DNA of 64,000 nucleotides from Gammaproteobacteria bacterium (GTDB lineage Bacteria; Pseudomonadota; Gammaproteobacteria; CAJXQU01): NCBI GenBank assembly GCA_965238175.1, contig CBDEGZ010000003.1, positions 1,056,001 to 1,120,000 of the forward strand, read 5' to 3'. Shown piece by piece: positions 54,014 to 64,000 of this stretch (position 1 is its first letter; each line of letters starts with the position of its first letter). The notes under the pieces were generated by a model. It saw only the letters and a program-made list of their open reading frames with translations, ran no database searches and was not told where the DNA came from. The position numbers and the translations under genes were made by a program.

Positions 54014-54925
54014 TTATTTGATCAGGGAAGGCGTTTCTTTGTGCTCTTCTGCTATATCATCTGGATCTTCGTGTATTAAGATTTCAGAATTAGGAAAAAC
54101 GGCTTTTATTTGAGTTTCTACTTCTTCTGAAATTTGGTGGGCTTTTTTTAATGATAATGTTCCACTTAATTCTAAATGTAGTTGTATAAATAAGGTCTGA
54201 CCAGATAGACGAGTTCTAAGATCATGCATATTTATGATTTCAGAATGGTTGCTCACGATAGAAATTATCCTTTCGCGATCTTCATCTGATACTTCGTGAT
54301 CCATTAGGTGATCTATGGATTGTTTGACTATCCTCCATGCGTTATAGAGTACAAAACAAGAAACTCCTAAACCCAAAACCGGATCGGCCTGAACCCACCC
54401 AAAATTAGTATTTAGTACTAATGCTAGAATAACGAAAAGGTTGACTAGAAGATCACTCAGGTAATGTAAAGAATCAGCTCCAATGGCGAGGGAATTGGTT
54501 TTTTTTACAACGTAATGTTGATATTTAACAAGTCCAAAAGTTAGGCATATTGATATTACCATCACGATAATTCCAATGGAGGAATGAGTAACTGCTTGCG
54601 GATTTAGAAGTCGACCACCTGCTTCAAAAGTAAGGAAAAAAGCTGATCCGGAAATAAAAGCAGCTTGACCAAGACCTGCTATGGCTTCAGCCTTTCCATG
54701 GCCAAAGCGATGTTCATGATCTGCTGGTGTTAGTGAATGGCGTATCGCAACCAAGTTAATAATCGAAGCCGCCGCATCCAGAAGAGAATCAACTAGCGTG
54801 GCTAATAAAGCAATGGAATTTGTTAGTAGAAAGGCAACAAGTTTGAGAACGATCAAAAAGCAAGCAACACTAATAGACGCGATAGATGCTTTTCTAATTA
54901 AATTCGAATTTTCATCATCTAGCAT
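54014..54925 (-). CDS. fieF: Cation diffusion facilitator, FieF-like
   Basis: DSLLD, HRFGHGKAE, ADSLHY, HDLRTR, IHEDP. Confidence 0.9.
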   Translation of the reverse strand: MLDDENSNLIRKASIASISVACFLIVLKLVAFLLTNSIALLATLVDSLLDAAASIINLVAIRHSLTPADHEHRFGHGKAEAIAGLGQAAFISGSAFFLTFEAGGRLLNPQAVTHSSIGIIVMVISICLTFGLVKYQHYVVKKTNSLAIGADSLHYLSDLLVNLFVILALVLNTNFGWVQADPVLGLGVSCFVLYNAWRIVKQSIDHLMDHEVSDEDRERIISIVSNHSEIINMHDLRTRLSGQTLFIQLHLELSGTLSLKKAHQISEEVETQIKAVFPNSEILIHEDPDDIAEEHKETPSLIK

Positions 54926-55044
54926 TCGTTAAATATAACATTTTAATGCTTTTCGCAATAAGGGATGTTTATGACTTATTAACTCAGGATGCTGTGACAA
55001 ACGTGGAGGGGGACATTTGGGAGTTGATTCTCTAGGAAAACAAT

Positions 55045-55082
55045 ATACAGGACATTCAACTTAAATATTGAACGCCCTGTAT
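55045..55082 (-). terminator. Hairpin, probable terminator after the 795-aa gene
   Basis: ATACAGG..TTCAA / TTGAA..CCTGTAT imperfect stem. Confidence 0.45.
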
Positions 55083-55119
55083 GTTTTATTTCTAACGCAT
55101 ATTATATGCCTGAGCGACA

Positions 55120-57507
55120 TTAATCTGGTTTGATTAGATCCCAAGTAAGGTCGCCGAGAGTATTTACACCTTGATTTGTAATTATTGATACTCCATCCAT
55201 ATGGTAGTGATGGTTAAACCCGAAGACTTCATTACGCCAGAAAATATCATCTTTACCATCTCCATTATAGTCAGCAACGGCTTCAATGTTCCATGCAAGA
55301 GCGGTAAAGGCTACATGTTGTCCCGGTCCACCATTAGTTGAATTTACGATAGTAATACTATTCATAAGATATATCCATACTCGACCATTAGTATTATTTC
55401 TCCATAGAATGTCGGTTATACCATCGTTATTGAAGTCTCCAACACTTGGAATATCCCAGTTTTCACTAGTGAAAGCAACATGTTCGCCAGCACCTGCACC
55501 ATTGATTATAGTATTACCATCCATAAGGTACATCCAAACGCGTCTATTTACATCATGACGCCACAGGATATCTGCCTTGTTATCATTGTTGAAATCCCCG
55601 ATACCGGCAACCTTCCAATTTAAATCATTGACCGTATTAACAGACTGTTCTCCGGTTACGGTTGAATTGGACATGAAAGCGACACGGTTTTCTCCAGTAA
55701 CTTTATTACGAATAAGAATGTCATCGAAGTTGTCGTTATCAAAGTCGCCTACACCTACAATGTCCCAGTTAAGATCTGTTGTTAAGCCGGTTATGGCAAT
55801 GGTACTCAATGGCGCTGCACCATTCATAAAGGTGATCTGCGAAGCCCCTGTAGTTTTATTACGCCACACAATGTCAGATTTTATGTCATTATTGAAATCG
55901 CCAATACCCAGAGCTTCCCAGTTAGTATCATTCAGTACGTTTAGCGCGGTATCAGATGCCACAATTAGGCCATTCATAAGATAGACTTTATTGGCTGCGG
56001 ACACGCTGTTACGCCAAAGGACATCTGAGGTGCCATCTCCATCAAAATCGTTACGCCCTTTTAGTCGTGATACCAGACTAATATCATTAGGGAACAGGTA
56101 GATATCACTAACATTTGATGAGTGGGTATCTGTAGGAACTAGGCTACCTTCAGCTGTAAAAACAATGAAACTGCCATCCGATGAAAGGTTGGCTGTAGTA
56201 TTGGCACCAGTAGCTTCAGCCCCAGTTGAATGAAGACTCACTCGTGTTGTTACGTTAGCAACAAGATCGTGGAGAAAAATGTCGTTGTTGCCATTTGTGT
56301 CACCTGGAACTAAATTTGTTGCAATACTATGAAAAACTACAAACCGTCCGTCAGTTGAAATTTCAGGCTCTCTGCTGGTTCCATCACCTTGGACACCGTT
56401 CGATGAAACACTAACACGAGTATACTGTCGCGATATTGTATCAAAAACAAATGCATCTCGTACACCATTAGTGTCTCCCGGTACAAGATCTCTTCTAAAA
56501 CTTTCAAAAGCGACACGAACACCATTGGCAGAAACTGAAGGAAACCGACTGTCTGTGAATCCACGGCTATCTGCTGAACCGTTTGTAATTGGGATAGTAA
56601 TACCTGAATCCATATTGCGAAGGAAAACATCTCTTACAGTATCATTCGGGTTACCACCTAGATTACTTGCATTACTAGCAAATACGACTACATTACCAAA
56701 ATTAGATATGTCTGCATCAAGACTTCTACTATTACCTTTACCATTGGCTCCAGTACTAACGAGTTCAGTTGTTCCTGTTGCTATTTCGTAGCGGAATACA
56801 TCTGAACTAAATCTTGTGGTCGTAGCATCGGTATCCACAGCCAGAATATTATTAGCCAAACTTTCATAGACAATAAATTGCCCATTTGCTGAGATAGAAG
56901 GTAGTGTACTTTGACTATTTCCAGAGGTACAAGCACCACCACATGAGGTATTTCCACCAGCCACACTTATTAATCTTGTTGTGTTATTAACCATGTCACG
57001 TAAAAAGATTTGTTGAGGGCGTTCACAATTAAGATTCAGTGAATCTCCAGGGTTAGATGGAACGGGACATCCGGCAGGAATAAGTGCCGCATCAGGATCT
57101 GCTATAAGTCCAGAATAAGTATCACTGGTTAGATTTTGAGCTCGACTTGCATAAACAATAAAGCGACCGTCGTCGGACATATCGGAAAATACACTTCCAG
57201 CATCAGCGGTAGCTCCACTAGCGCCCGATGCTCTACTGACTAGCTCTGTTGTTCCCATTGTTCGATCACGCCGGAATATATCTTGTGTAGTCCCATTAGT
57301 GTCGTCACTAGTAATATCTGATGCATTACTCTCAAAGACAACATAACGCCCATCAGATGATACAGAAGGTTCTCTACTCGGTTGATTGGTGTTAATCGTA
57401 CCAGTAACTGGTCCCAGACTAATGCGCTCTATAGCTATTGCGCTTGATGATGTGAATGATGCTAGAAGTAGCACAATATGTGATATGTTGGGTTTCATGT
57501 TATCCAT
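55120..57507 (-). CDS. Secreted protein with TolB-like propeller repeats and FG-GAP/VCBS repeats
   Basis: Signal peptide; repeated PSVSSDGRYVVFESxAxNL..DTN..D.F units; several GDFNND..DILWRN repeats at the C-terminus. Confidence 0.85.
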   Translation of the reverse strand: MDNMKPNISHIVLLLASFTSSSAIAIERISLGPVTGTINTNQPSREPSVSSDGRYVVFESNASDITSDDTNGTTQDIFRRDRTMGTTELVSRASGASGATADAGSVFSDMSDDGRFIVYASRAQNLTSDTYSGLIADPDAALIPAGCPVPSNPGDSLNLNCERPQQIFLRDMVNNTTRLISVAGGNTSCGGACTSGNSQSTLPSISANGQFIVYESLANNILAVDTDATTTRFSSDVFRYEIATGTTELVSTGANGKGNSRSLDADISNFGNVVVFASNASNLGGNPNDTVRDVFLRNMDSGITIPITNGSADSRGFTDSRFPSVSANGVRVAFESFRRDLVPGDTNGVRDAFVFDTISRQYTRVSVSSNGVQGDGTSREPEISTDGRFVVFHSIATNLVPGDTNGNNDIFLHDLVANVTTRVSLHSTGAEATGANTTANLSSDGSFIVFTAEGSLVPTDTHSSNVSDIYLFPNDISLVSRLKGRNDFDGDGTSDVLWRNSVSAANKVYLMNGLIVASDTALNVLNDTNWEALGIGDFNNDIKSDIVWRNKTTGASQITFMNGAAPLSTIAITGLTTDLNWDIVGVGDFDNDNFDDILIRNKVTGENRVAFMSNSTVTGEQSVNTVNDLNWKVAGIGDFNNDNKADILWRHDVNRRVWMYLMDGNTIINGAGAGEHVAFTSENWDIPSVGDFNNDGITDILWRNNTNGRVWIYLMNSITIVNSTNGGPGQHVAFTALAWNIEAVADYNGDGKDDIFWRNEVFGFNHHYHMDGVSIITNQGVNTLGDLTWDLIKPD

Positions 57508-57891
57508 CCTCTGGTAGTTGTTGTTTTTTTCGAAACAAAATAGATACCCATACTAATGTGGGAAATCAATCAAACTTCGGCTCCTGATGCTAATGTTAAA
57601 CGAATACTTTATGCACAGGCTATTGTAAATTTGTAATATTTTGTAGAATTATGAAAAGTAGCCAAAAATTAGTTCTATGGACTAACTATCATTGGTGATT
57701 GGACAGAGGAATAAAAATATAGTTCTCTATAATAAAGATTGAACAGTGAATTTTCTCAACAGATTTTCGAAATTTAGTGATATGTTTCCAATTGATTATT
57801 AATTACTTGTCAAAATTAGGTATACCATTAAGCTCTGGTTTACTGTGATCGAAGAAACTGGACAGTAAGATTACGAGTGAGGAGAAGGTTT

Positions 57892-58515
57892 ATGAAACAC
57901 ACCAAGCGTTTTTCATTATTAGGTTTTTGTCTATTCATGGTTGCATGCGTAACTGTCAACGTCTATTTTCCTGCGGCGGCAGCTGAGAAAGCCGTAGATA
58001 AGTTTGTGAAAGAAGTATATGGCGAAGAATCAAAAGTTCCAGAAGATCAAGAAGGATCTGATGGATTTCAAGAAGATAACACTTCTTCTGAAAAGAGACT
58101 TCCTGATATGATAGAGGCAGGTTTTGCAGGTTTGATTGAGATTGTGATCCCTGTTGCAATTGCAGCCCAACCAAACATTGATATCGCGACACCTGCAACA
58201 AATAAGCTAAAAGGATCTATGACCGCACGTCATCAACAACTTGCACCATTTTATGCAAGCGGTGCTGTTGGTATGACAGGAAATGCTTTGCTTGTTGTGC
58301 GAGATGCAAAAGCGATCTCTCTCAAACAAAGGAATACGGTCAAACAGTTTGTTGCAGATGAAAATCGTGATCGTAACCAGCTTTATAAAGAGATTGCTGT
58401 TGCTAATAAGCATCCTGAATGGGAAGGCGAGATACGTAGTTTGTTCGCTAGACGATGGGTTGCAAATGCTCCTGGTGGTTGGTGGTATGAGAATGGTGGC
58501 TGGCAGCAGAAATAG
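57892..58515 (+). CDS. YdbL/DUF1318-family lipoprotein
   Basis: ACVTVNVYFPAAAAE, ENRDRNQLY, GWW..GGWQQK. Confidence 0.85.
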   Translation: MKHTKRFSLLGFCLFMVACVTVNVYFPAAAAEKAVDKFVKEVYGEESKVPEDQEGSDGFQEDNTSSEKRLPDMIEAGFAGLIEIVIPVAIAAQPNIDIATPATNKLKGSMTARHQQLAPFYASGAVGMTGNALLVVRDAKAISLKQRNTVKQFVADENRDRNQLYKEIAVANKHPEWEGEIRSLFARRWVANAPGGWWYENGGWQQK

Positions 58516-58606
58516 CAGCCAATAAATTTCATAGAATTTTTACTATCAAGAAGATGCTTGATGCAATATCCTGCCACCGTTTTTTTATTGGAAATATCAA
58601 AGTCAC

Positions 58607-59944
58607 ATGGCACGCCGACGTAAACGATTATCCCGAGATCCTATAGAAGCATCTGTTGATACCCTCTCGCACGAAGGAAGGGGAGTTGCTAACTGTAATG
58701 GAAAGGTAACATTCATTGATGGTGCGCTACCAGGCGAGAAAGTGACCTTTCAACTAACCAATCGACGCAAAACATTCGATGAAGGTAAAGTTATTGAGGT
58801 TCTAGAGCCTTCGGATGATCGTATTGAAGCTAAATGCCAACATTATGGAATTTGTGGTGGTTGTAGCCTGCAGCATTTGAGTTCCGAAGATCAAATCAAA
58901 CATAAACAGTCTGTATTATTAGAACAGTTTGAGCATATTGGTAAGGTATCACCTGATGAAGTTTTACCACCACTGAAATCACCGCTCTGGGGGTATCGCC
59001 GAAAAGCTCGGTTGGGCGTTAAATACGTGCCTAAAAAAGGAGGCGTGCTTGTTGGTTTTCGCGAAAAAGCCAGTCCCTATCTTGCGGACATGACCCAGTG
59101 TGAAATTCTTGATCCATCGGTAGGCTATCGTTTGATGGCGTTGCGCGAAGTGATAGCAAGCTTGACAGTTAAAGAACGCTTACCACAAATTGAAGTTGCT
59201 ATTGGTGATCAGGAAAAGGGTTTGATTTTTCGCCATTTAGATCCATTAACTGAAGATGATCGAGTGAAACTATCAAAGTTTGGAGAAACGCATCAATTTG
59301 TTATCTATTTACAACCAAAAGGACCGGACACTGTTCATCAGATTTTTCCGGAAGTGCAAATTGATTTAAGTTATCAACCCGGTAATGATGAACCCATCTT
59401 GCATTTCTTACCATCGGATTTTACACAAGTGAATGCGTCTATTAATAAAAATATGATTGCGTGTGTTTTAGAAATTATGCAGCCAGATAAAAACGATCGT
59501 ATTCTGGATTTGTTTTGCGGACTGGGTAATTTCTCCCTTTCTATCGCAAAGCGAGCCGCTTATGTTTTAGGTGTTGAAGGCGAAGCTGGATTAGTAAAAC
59601 GTGCCGAAGAAAATGCCCAACGAAATCAACTCGACAATGTTGAGTTTGTTTGTGCTGATTTGACGAAGAACGATCAAGTAGAAACAATTGAAGCTGGAAA
59701 CTTTAATAAAGTATTGCTTGACCCTGCGCGCAGTGGCGCACAAGAGATCATAGAAAAAATGAGTTTCTCAGGTGTTGAACAAGTAATCTACGTTTCATGC
59801 AATCCTGCAACATTGGCAAGAGACGCGGGTGTTTTGGTGAAAGAAAAAGGATATAAAATGATCAAGGCTGGGATTATGGATATGTTTCCGCACACCACGC
59901 ATGTAGAATCAATCGCTGTTTTTCAACGTGTTAAAAAAGCTTAA
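58607..59944 (+). CDS. rlmD: 23S rRNA m5U1939 methyltransferase RlmD
   Basis: TRAM domain, CGGC, DLFCGLGNF, DPARSG, YVSCNPATLARD, MFPHTTHVE. Confidence 0.96.
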   Translation: MARRRKRLSRDPIEASVDTLSHEGRGVANCNGKVTFIDGALPGEKVTFQLTNRRKTFDEGKVIEVLEPSDDRIEAKCQHYGICGGCSLQHLSSEDQIKHKQSVLLEQFEHIGKVSPDEVLPPLKSPLWGYRRKARLGVKYVPKKGGVLVGFREKASPYLADMTQCEILDPSVGYRLMALREVIASLTVKERLPQIEVAIGDQEKGLIFRHLDPLTEDDRVKLSKFGETHQFVIYLQPKGPDTVHQIFPEVQIDLSYQPGNDEPILHFLPSDFTQVNASINKNMIACVLEIMQPDKNDRILDLFCGLGNFSLSIAKRAAYVLGVEGEAGLVKRAEENAQRNQLDNVEFVCADLTKNDQVETIEAGNFNKVLLDPARSGAQEIIEKMSFSGVEQVIYVSCNPATLARDAGVLVKEKGYKMIKAGIMDMFPHTTHVESIAVFQRVKKA

Positions 59945-60690
59945 AAACCTGTCGAATTTTTTAATACTATTCTTACTATTTTTTGTTTCGAGTTCTACTG
60001 ATCACACCTCATCAGAAAATATCCATTTTGGTTTATCGACAGATCTTGTAACACTTGATCCTCGTTTTGCGACGGATGCTATTTCAAATCGAATCAATCG
60101 TCTTATATTTATAAAAAGTTGGTTAGTTTTGATCAAAACTATCAAGCCATTCCTGATCTTGCAACGTGGAAAAAATATCAAAAAAAAATACTAATTCACT
60201 TTAGGAGAACTTGAGCGTCACTTTCATGAGGTACAAAACTGACGTCGGAAGATGTTCGAATTTCCTATGAGTCAGTAATAGATAAAAAAACAACTTCTCC
60301 ACATCGTGGTGTTTTACAGATGATAGAAAGAATCGAAACGCTTGATAATGAAACGATTAATTATTTATCTAAATAAAGTTGATCTGTTCTTTTCAGGACG
60401 GTTAACTTTAGGCATCTTGTTGGCACATTTGATCAAGTAAAAACACAGGTTTAATAAACAACCTGATAGAAGTGGGCTGATTAAATTTATGCTATGGCCT
60501 CAATCTAAAAGTTTATTATCGTAAAAGATTTCACTGTTCGTGTATTAAAATTGGTTCGCGAGGAATTGGATTTATTTCAAGGAGGTATTCCACAAGAAAT
60601 GTTAGGTTGGTTGGAAAAATAGTCTAAAGTGGTTATCAAACAAAACCATTGGTGATTACAATGGTTTATTTACAATTAAAAAACTGATTA
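59928..60690 (+). pseudogene. Degraded family-5 (peptide/nickel) ABC substrate-binding protein
   Basis: TLDPRFATDAISNRINRLI and downstream fragments (PDLATW, TSEDV) interrupted by frameshifts and stops. Confidence 0.75.
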
Positions 60691-60711
60691 GCGACCCGTA
60701 GGATAATATAG

Positions 60712-61194
60712 ATGCATATTGAAATAAGTATTTCTGATCAGAAGCTTTGGTTAAAAGAGGAAGAAAAAATACTTGCAGAGTATCTTGTTTCGACTGCAAA
60801 AAATGGTAGCGGTGAAATAATGCACAGCGAATGTACCCCGAGAGGTGTGCACGAAGTTGTGGAGTTATTTGGTGCTGATCAAGCCAGAAATACTGTTTTT
60901 GTTGGACGAGAAAAAACGGGCGAAATTTATACTCCATCTTTAAAACAGAAACATCCAGATCGTGATTGGATTTTGACAAGAATAATTCGATTGGCAGGTT
61001 GCGAGCCAGGAAAAAATCAGGGAGAGGAACTAGATACTTATAATCGATATATTTACATTCATGGCTCTCCTGACGATGTTGAAATGGGTAAACCAGGTTC
61101 ACATGGCTGTGTCAGGATGAAGAATGAGGAGGTGATCGAATTATTTGATCAAATCACTATAGGGACAAAAGTGATAATTAAAGAGAATTTTTAG
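60712..61194 (+). CDS. L,D-transpeptidase (YkuD) family protein
   Basis: IEISISDQKL, TPRG, YIYIHG, SHGCVRM. Confidence 0.92.
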   Translation: MHIEISISDQKLWLKEEEKILAEYLVSTAKNGSGEIMHSECTPRGVHEVVELFGADQARNTVFVGREKTGEIYTPSLKQKHPDRDWILTRIIRLAGCEPGKNQGEELDTYNRYIYIHGSPDDVEMGKPGSHGCVRMKNEEVIELFDQITIGTKVIIKENF

Positions 61195-61209
61195 GGTTTA
61201 TTTAGTTAA

Positions 61210-62145
61210 GTGGCTATTTTAAAGGAAAACCAGACCAGAATAGGAATTGATCTTGGTGGTACTAAGATTGAAATTATTGCCTTAAATAATTCTGGAGAAA
61301 TTATCCATCAACGACGCGTTGCAACGCCAACAGGAAACTATGCAGAGACGATAAATGTAATTGCTAGTTTGGTCATTGAATTTGAACAGGAATTTAATTG
61401 CCAGGCATTGGTTGGAATCGGTATGCCCGGCACAATATCGTCTGCTACTGGCAAAGTGAAAAATTCGAATTCAGTTTGTTTCAATGGGAAACCGTTTAAA
61501 GAAGATCTTGAATTGCGACTAAACCGATCAATCAAGCTTGAGAATGATGCGAATTGTTTTGCACTTTCAGAATCCATTGACGGTGCGGCAGCCGGAGCAA
61601 AGGTAGTGTTTGGTGTTATTTTAGGGACCGGAGTTGGTGGTGGGTTGATAGTCAATCAAGAAGTTATCAGTGGACCTAACTCGATAACAGGTGAATGGGG
61701 ACATAACTCGTTACCTTGGCCTGGCGAAGATGAATCTTTAAACCTAGTGAGTTGTTATTGCGGTAAAAAAGGTTGTATTGAAACCTGGCTTTGTGGAAAT
61801 GGTTTGTCGAATATTTATGATCGTTTATCTAGTCAAAGATATTCTGCAAAAGAAATAGTTGAAAAAGCCAATGGTGGGGATAAATATGCCCAAGAGGCTT
61901 TACTTGAATATACTCGACGGCTGGCAAAGGCTTTGGCCTTTGTGATAAATGTAATAGATCCTGATGTGATAGTTTTGGGTGGTGGCTTATCGAATATTAA
62001 ACAAATCTATACCAGCGTTCCTGATTTGTTGGACGAGTATGTCTTTTCTGATCGGGTCGATACGCTGTTAGTTTCTGCGAAGTTTGGTGATGCGAGTGGC
62101 GTTCGCGGGGCGGCTTGGCTTAATAATGATCTTTTGAAAAATTAA
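61210..62145 (+). CDS. ROK-family sugar kinase (Mak/fructokinase-like)
   Basis: GIDLGGTK, ENDANCFALSE, GEWGH, CYCGKKGCIE, GVRGAAWL. Confidence 0.92.
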   Translation: MAILKENQTRIGIDLGGTKIEIIALNNSGEIIHQRRVATPTGNYAETINVIASLVIEFEQEFNCQALVGIGMPGTISSATGKVKNSNSVCFNGKPFKEDLELRLNRSIKLENDANCFALSESIDGAAAGAKVVFGVILGTGVGGGLIVNQEVISGPNSITGEWGHNSLPWPGEDESLNLVSCYCGKKGCIETWLCGNGLSNIYDRLSSQRYSAKEIVEKANGGDKYAQEALLEYTRRLAKALAFVINVIDPDVIVLGGGLSNIKQIYTSVPDLLDEYVFSDRVDTLLVSAKFGDASGVRGAAWLNNDLLKN

Positions 62146-62388
62146 GGATTTACAATCCTTTACAGACTTGTGTGGCGTAGTTCAAATAGTATGGTAGGTA
62201 GAGAGGATAGATAAACTCAAAAATAAATAATACTCCTCTCTGTTTAGAAATATGGTTACCTACCCGGAAGCGGCTCAATCTTTCCCCCCTATAGAGCAAG
62301 CCCGGGTATTTTTTACATCCAAAAACTGAATTAGTGTTCGTCAGAGGCATATAAACCTCTGTATGAAGTACTAAACCCTAGTGAATCC

Positions 62389-63099
62389 CTAGTGTTTTAC
62401 TGCATCTGCACTTTCAGCAACGCGTTCTAGTCGGTAACCGTGTTGATAAATGGAAGTCAGACGCCAACCTTCTTCAGGGCTTATTCCAAGTTTGCCTCGG
62501 ATACGACTAACGTGCGTATCAACGGTTCGAGTGTTGATAATTGGGTTTCGACCCCAGACATTTTCTAAGATGTGTGCTCGTGACATAACACGTCCCTGAT
62601 TACGAAACAGAAATAATGCCAGTTCATATTCTTTTTGTGTCAGTTCGATCGCATTTCCATCTCGTTTGATACAACGGTTGGTTTTATCGATTTGGAAAGG
62701 CTCAAGATCAATCACTTCCTCATCATCATTGATAGAAGCTGAGCGTCGTTCAACAGCTTTCATTCTAGCCAGTAGTTCACGTTGCTTGATAGGCTTGATC
62801 ATATAATCATCAGCACCCGCTTGCAGGCCACTAACAATATCGTCTTCTCGATCCATTGCTGTACAAAACATAATAGGTACTGGCCAATCTATATTTTCGC
62901 GGATCCATTTAAGAACCTCTATCCCACTCATTTCTGGTACTAACCAGTCAAGGATGAGTAAATCGTAACTATCATTTTTGATCTGACGGATAAATTTGTG
63001 GCTACTGTTAAAATGATCAACTCGATGACCAGCATTTGTTAACCACTGTACAAGTAAGTTTGCATGATCAATATCGTCTTCTAGAAGTGCTACTCGCAT
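62389..63099 (-). CDS. Orphan OmpR-family response regulator
   Basis: MRVALLEDD, LILDW, GADDYMIKP, TRTVDTHVSR; no kinase adjacent. Confidence 0.92.
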   Translation of the reverse strand: MRVALLEDDIDHANLLVQWLTNAGHRVDHFNSSHKFIRQIKNDSYDLLILDWLVPEMSGIEVLKWIRENIDWPVPIMFCTAMDREDDIVSGLQAGADDYMIKPIKQRELLARMKAVERRSASINDDEEVIDLEPFQIDKTNRCIKRDGNAIELTQKEYELALFLFRNQGRVMSRAHILENVWGRNPIINTRTVDTHVSRIRGKLGISPEEGWRLTSIYQHGYRLERVAESADAVKH

Positions 63100-63243
63100 G
63101 TGTAATTCCCCTGTTATATTTAGCAATAATGCATTATTTTACGAAATCTTACAAATGGTTCTAACATGTAATTCTAGCTCACATGAGAATGGTGACAGAG
63201 AATGCAGATTAAGGTAGTTTTAATATTCTGAGCTAAAGGTTCG

Positions 63244-63666
63244 ATGATGGAGAATAGTATGGGACAGAAAAATCGTGAGAAGGTAATCAAAACGGATGAA
63301 GAATGGCAAGAAGTGCTGAATAAAGAGCAATATGAGGTGTGTCGTAACCATGGTACCGAAAGGGCATTTACAGGTGAGTATACAGATTGCCATGATAATG
63401 GAACTTATTGTTGTATTGCTTGTGGTGAGCCTTTATTTGAATCAACTTCTAAATTTGATTCAGGTTGCGGTTGGCCAAGTTTTTCAATACCCATAACAGG
63501 GGACGGAATTATGGAAAAGAAAGATACTAGTCATGGAATGATAAGAACGGAAGTACTGTGTTCTGTTTGTGACTCTCATCTTGGTCATGTTTTTGAAGAT
63601 GGACCTGCTCCTGATAATCTACGCTATTGTATCAACTCGGTTGCTCTTAATCTGAAAAAAGAATAA
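63244..63666 (+). CDS. msrB: Peptide-methionine (R)-S-oxide reductase MsrB
   Basis: [31 protein letters not shown]. Confidence 0.97.
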   Translation: MMENSMGQKNREKVIKTDEEWQEVLNKEQYEVCRNHGTERAFTGEYTDCHDNGTYCCIACGEPLFESTSKFDSGCGWPSFSIPITGDGIMEKKDTSHGMIRTEVLCSVCDSHLGHVFEDGPAPDNLRYCINSVALNLKKE

Positions 63667-63830
63667 TACCGGTTGTGCTTCGAATTCAACTTTAAGCAAA
63701 ACAAAAAAAGTTTGTTTTTTATTGGTGTTTTTAAAATATCTTTACTGGAACAGGGATTAAAGGCTGGGGTTTTTTTGCCGCTAAGTTTGTTCATAACAAA
63801 ATACATTAAACCTCGGAACCGATAAGATAA

Positions 63831-64000
63831 ATGTACGAGCATTTTTTTAATTTACGTAGTAGCCCATTTAAGTTGAGCCCGAACCCCGATTTTTTTTATG
63901 ATAGCTCGGGTCATAAGCGCGCACTTTCCTACTTACGTTTTGGTGTTAGTAGAGAAGAAGGTTTCATAATTATTACTGGTGGAGTTGGTGTCGGTAAGAG
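63831..64000 (+). CDS. ExeA-like / PEP-CTERM-associated AAA ATPase (runs off the window)
   Basis: MYEHFFNLRSSPFKLSPNPDFFYDSSGHKRALSYLRFG...GFIIITGGVGVGK (Walker A at the window edge); absent from the ORF track. Confidence 0.8.
   Translation, partial: MYEHFFNLRSSPFKLSPNPDFFYDSSGHKRALSYLRFGVSREEGFIIITGGVGVGK

Overview
Low-GC gammaproteobacterial chromosome, apparently near the origin: mnmG-rsmG-parAB-atpIBEFHAGDC-glmU, a PepSY/two-component locus, acs, a HAL2-type nucleotidase, nhaD and nudJ, then ychF-pth-rplY-prs-tRNA-Gln-ispE-lolB-TPR-hemA, znuACB-like genes, engB, pgeF-rluD-bamD, rlmD and msrB. A roughly 12 kb accessory patch (about 24340-36151) holds most of the unusual structure. (1) A minus-strand array of AT-rich, SD-less, immunity-like single-gene cassettes separated by attC-like inverted-repeat sites; the AAC/GTT ends pair per cassette, and the sites look Bacteroidota-type (rAID-like). 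It sits back to back with decayed classical attC cassettes, and no integrase is in the window. (2) An IS1111-type IS110 element inserted in the terminal inverted repeat of an IS982; its 3' non-coding region contains guide segments matching both its own target and its own donor junction, so the bridge/seek RNA is readable by eye. (3) Tiny hairpin-GAA-TGGGG inserts inside two unrelated transposase genes. Outside the patch there are a 6S RNA in a non-canonical location, a candidate sigmaE-driven C-rich-loop sRNA, a MITE abutting a TTAAG-N6-TTAAG box and two near-identical IS481 copies with 7-bp TSDs. All calls are by eye and no database searches were run.
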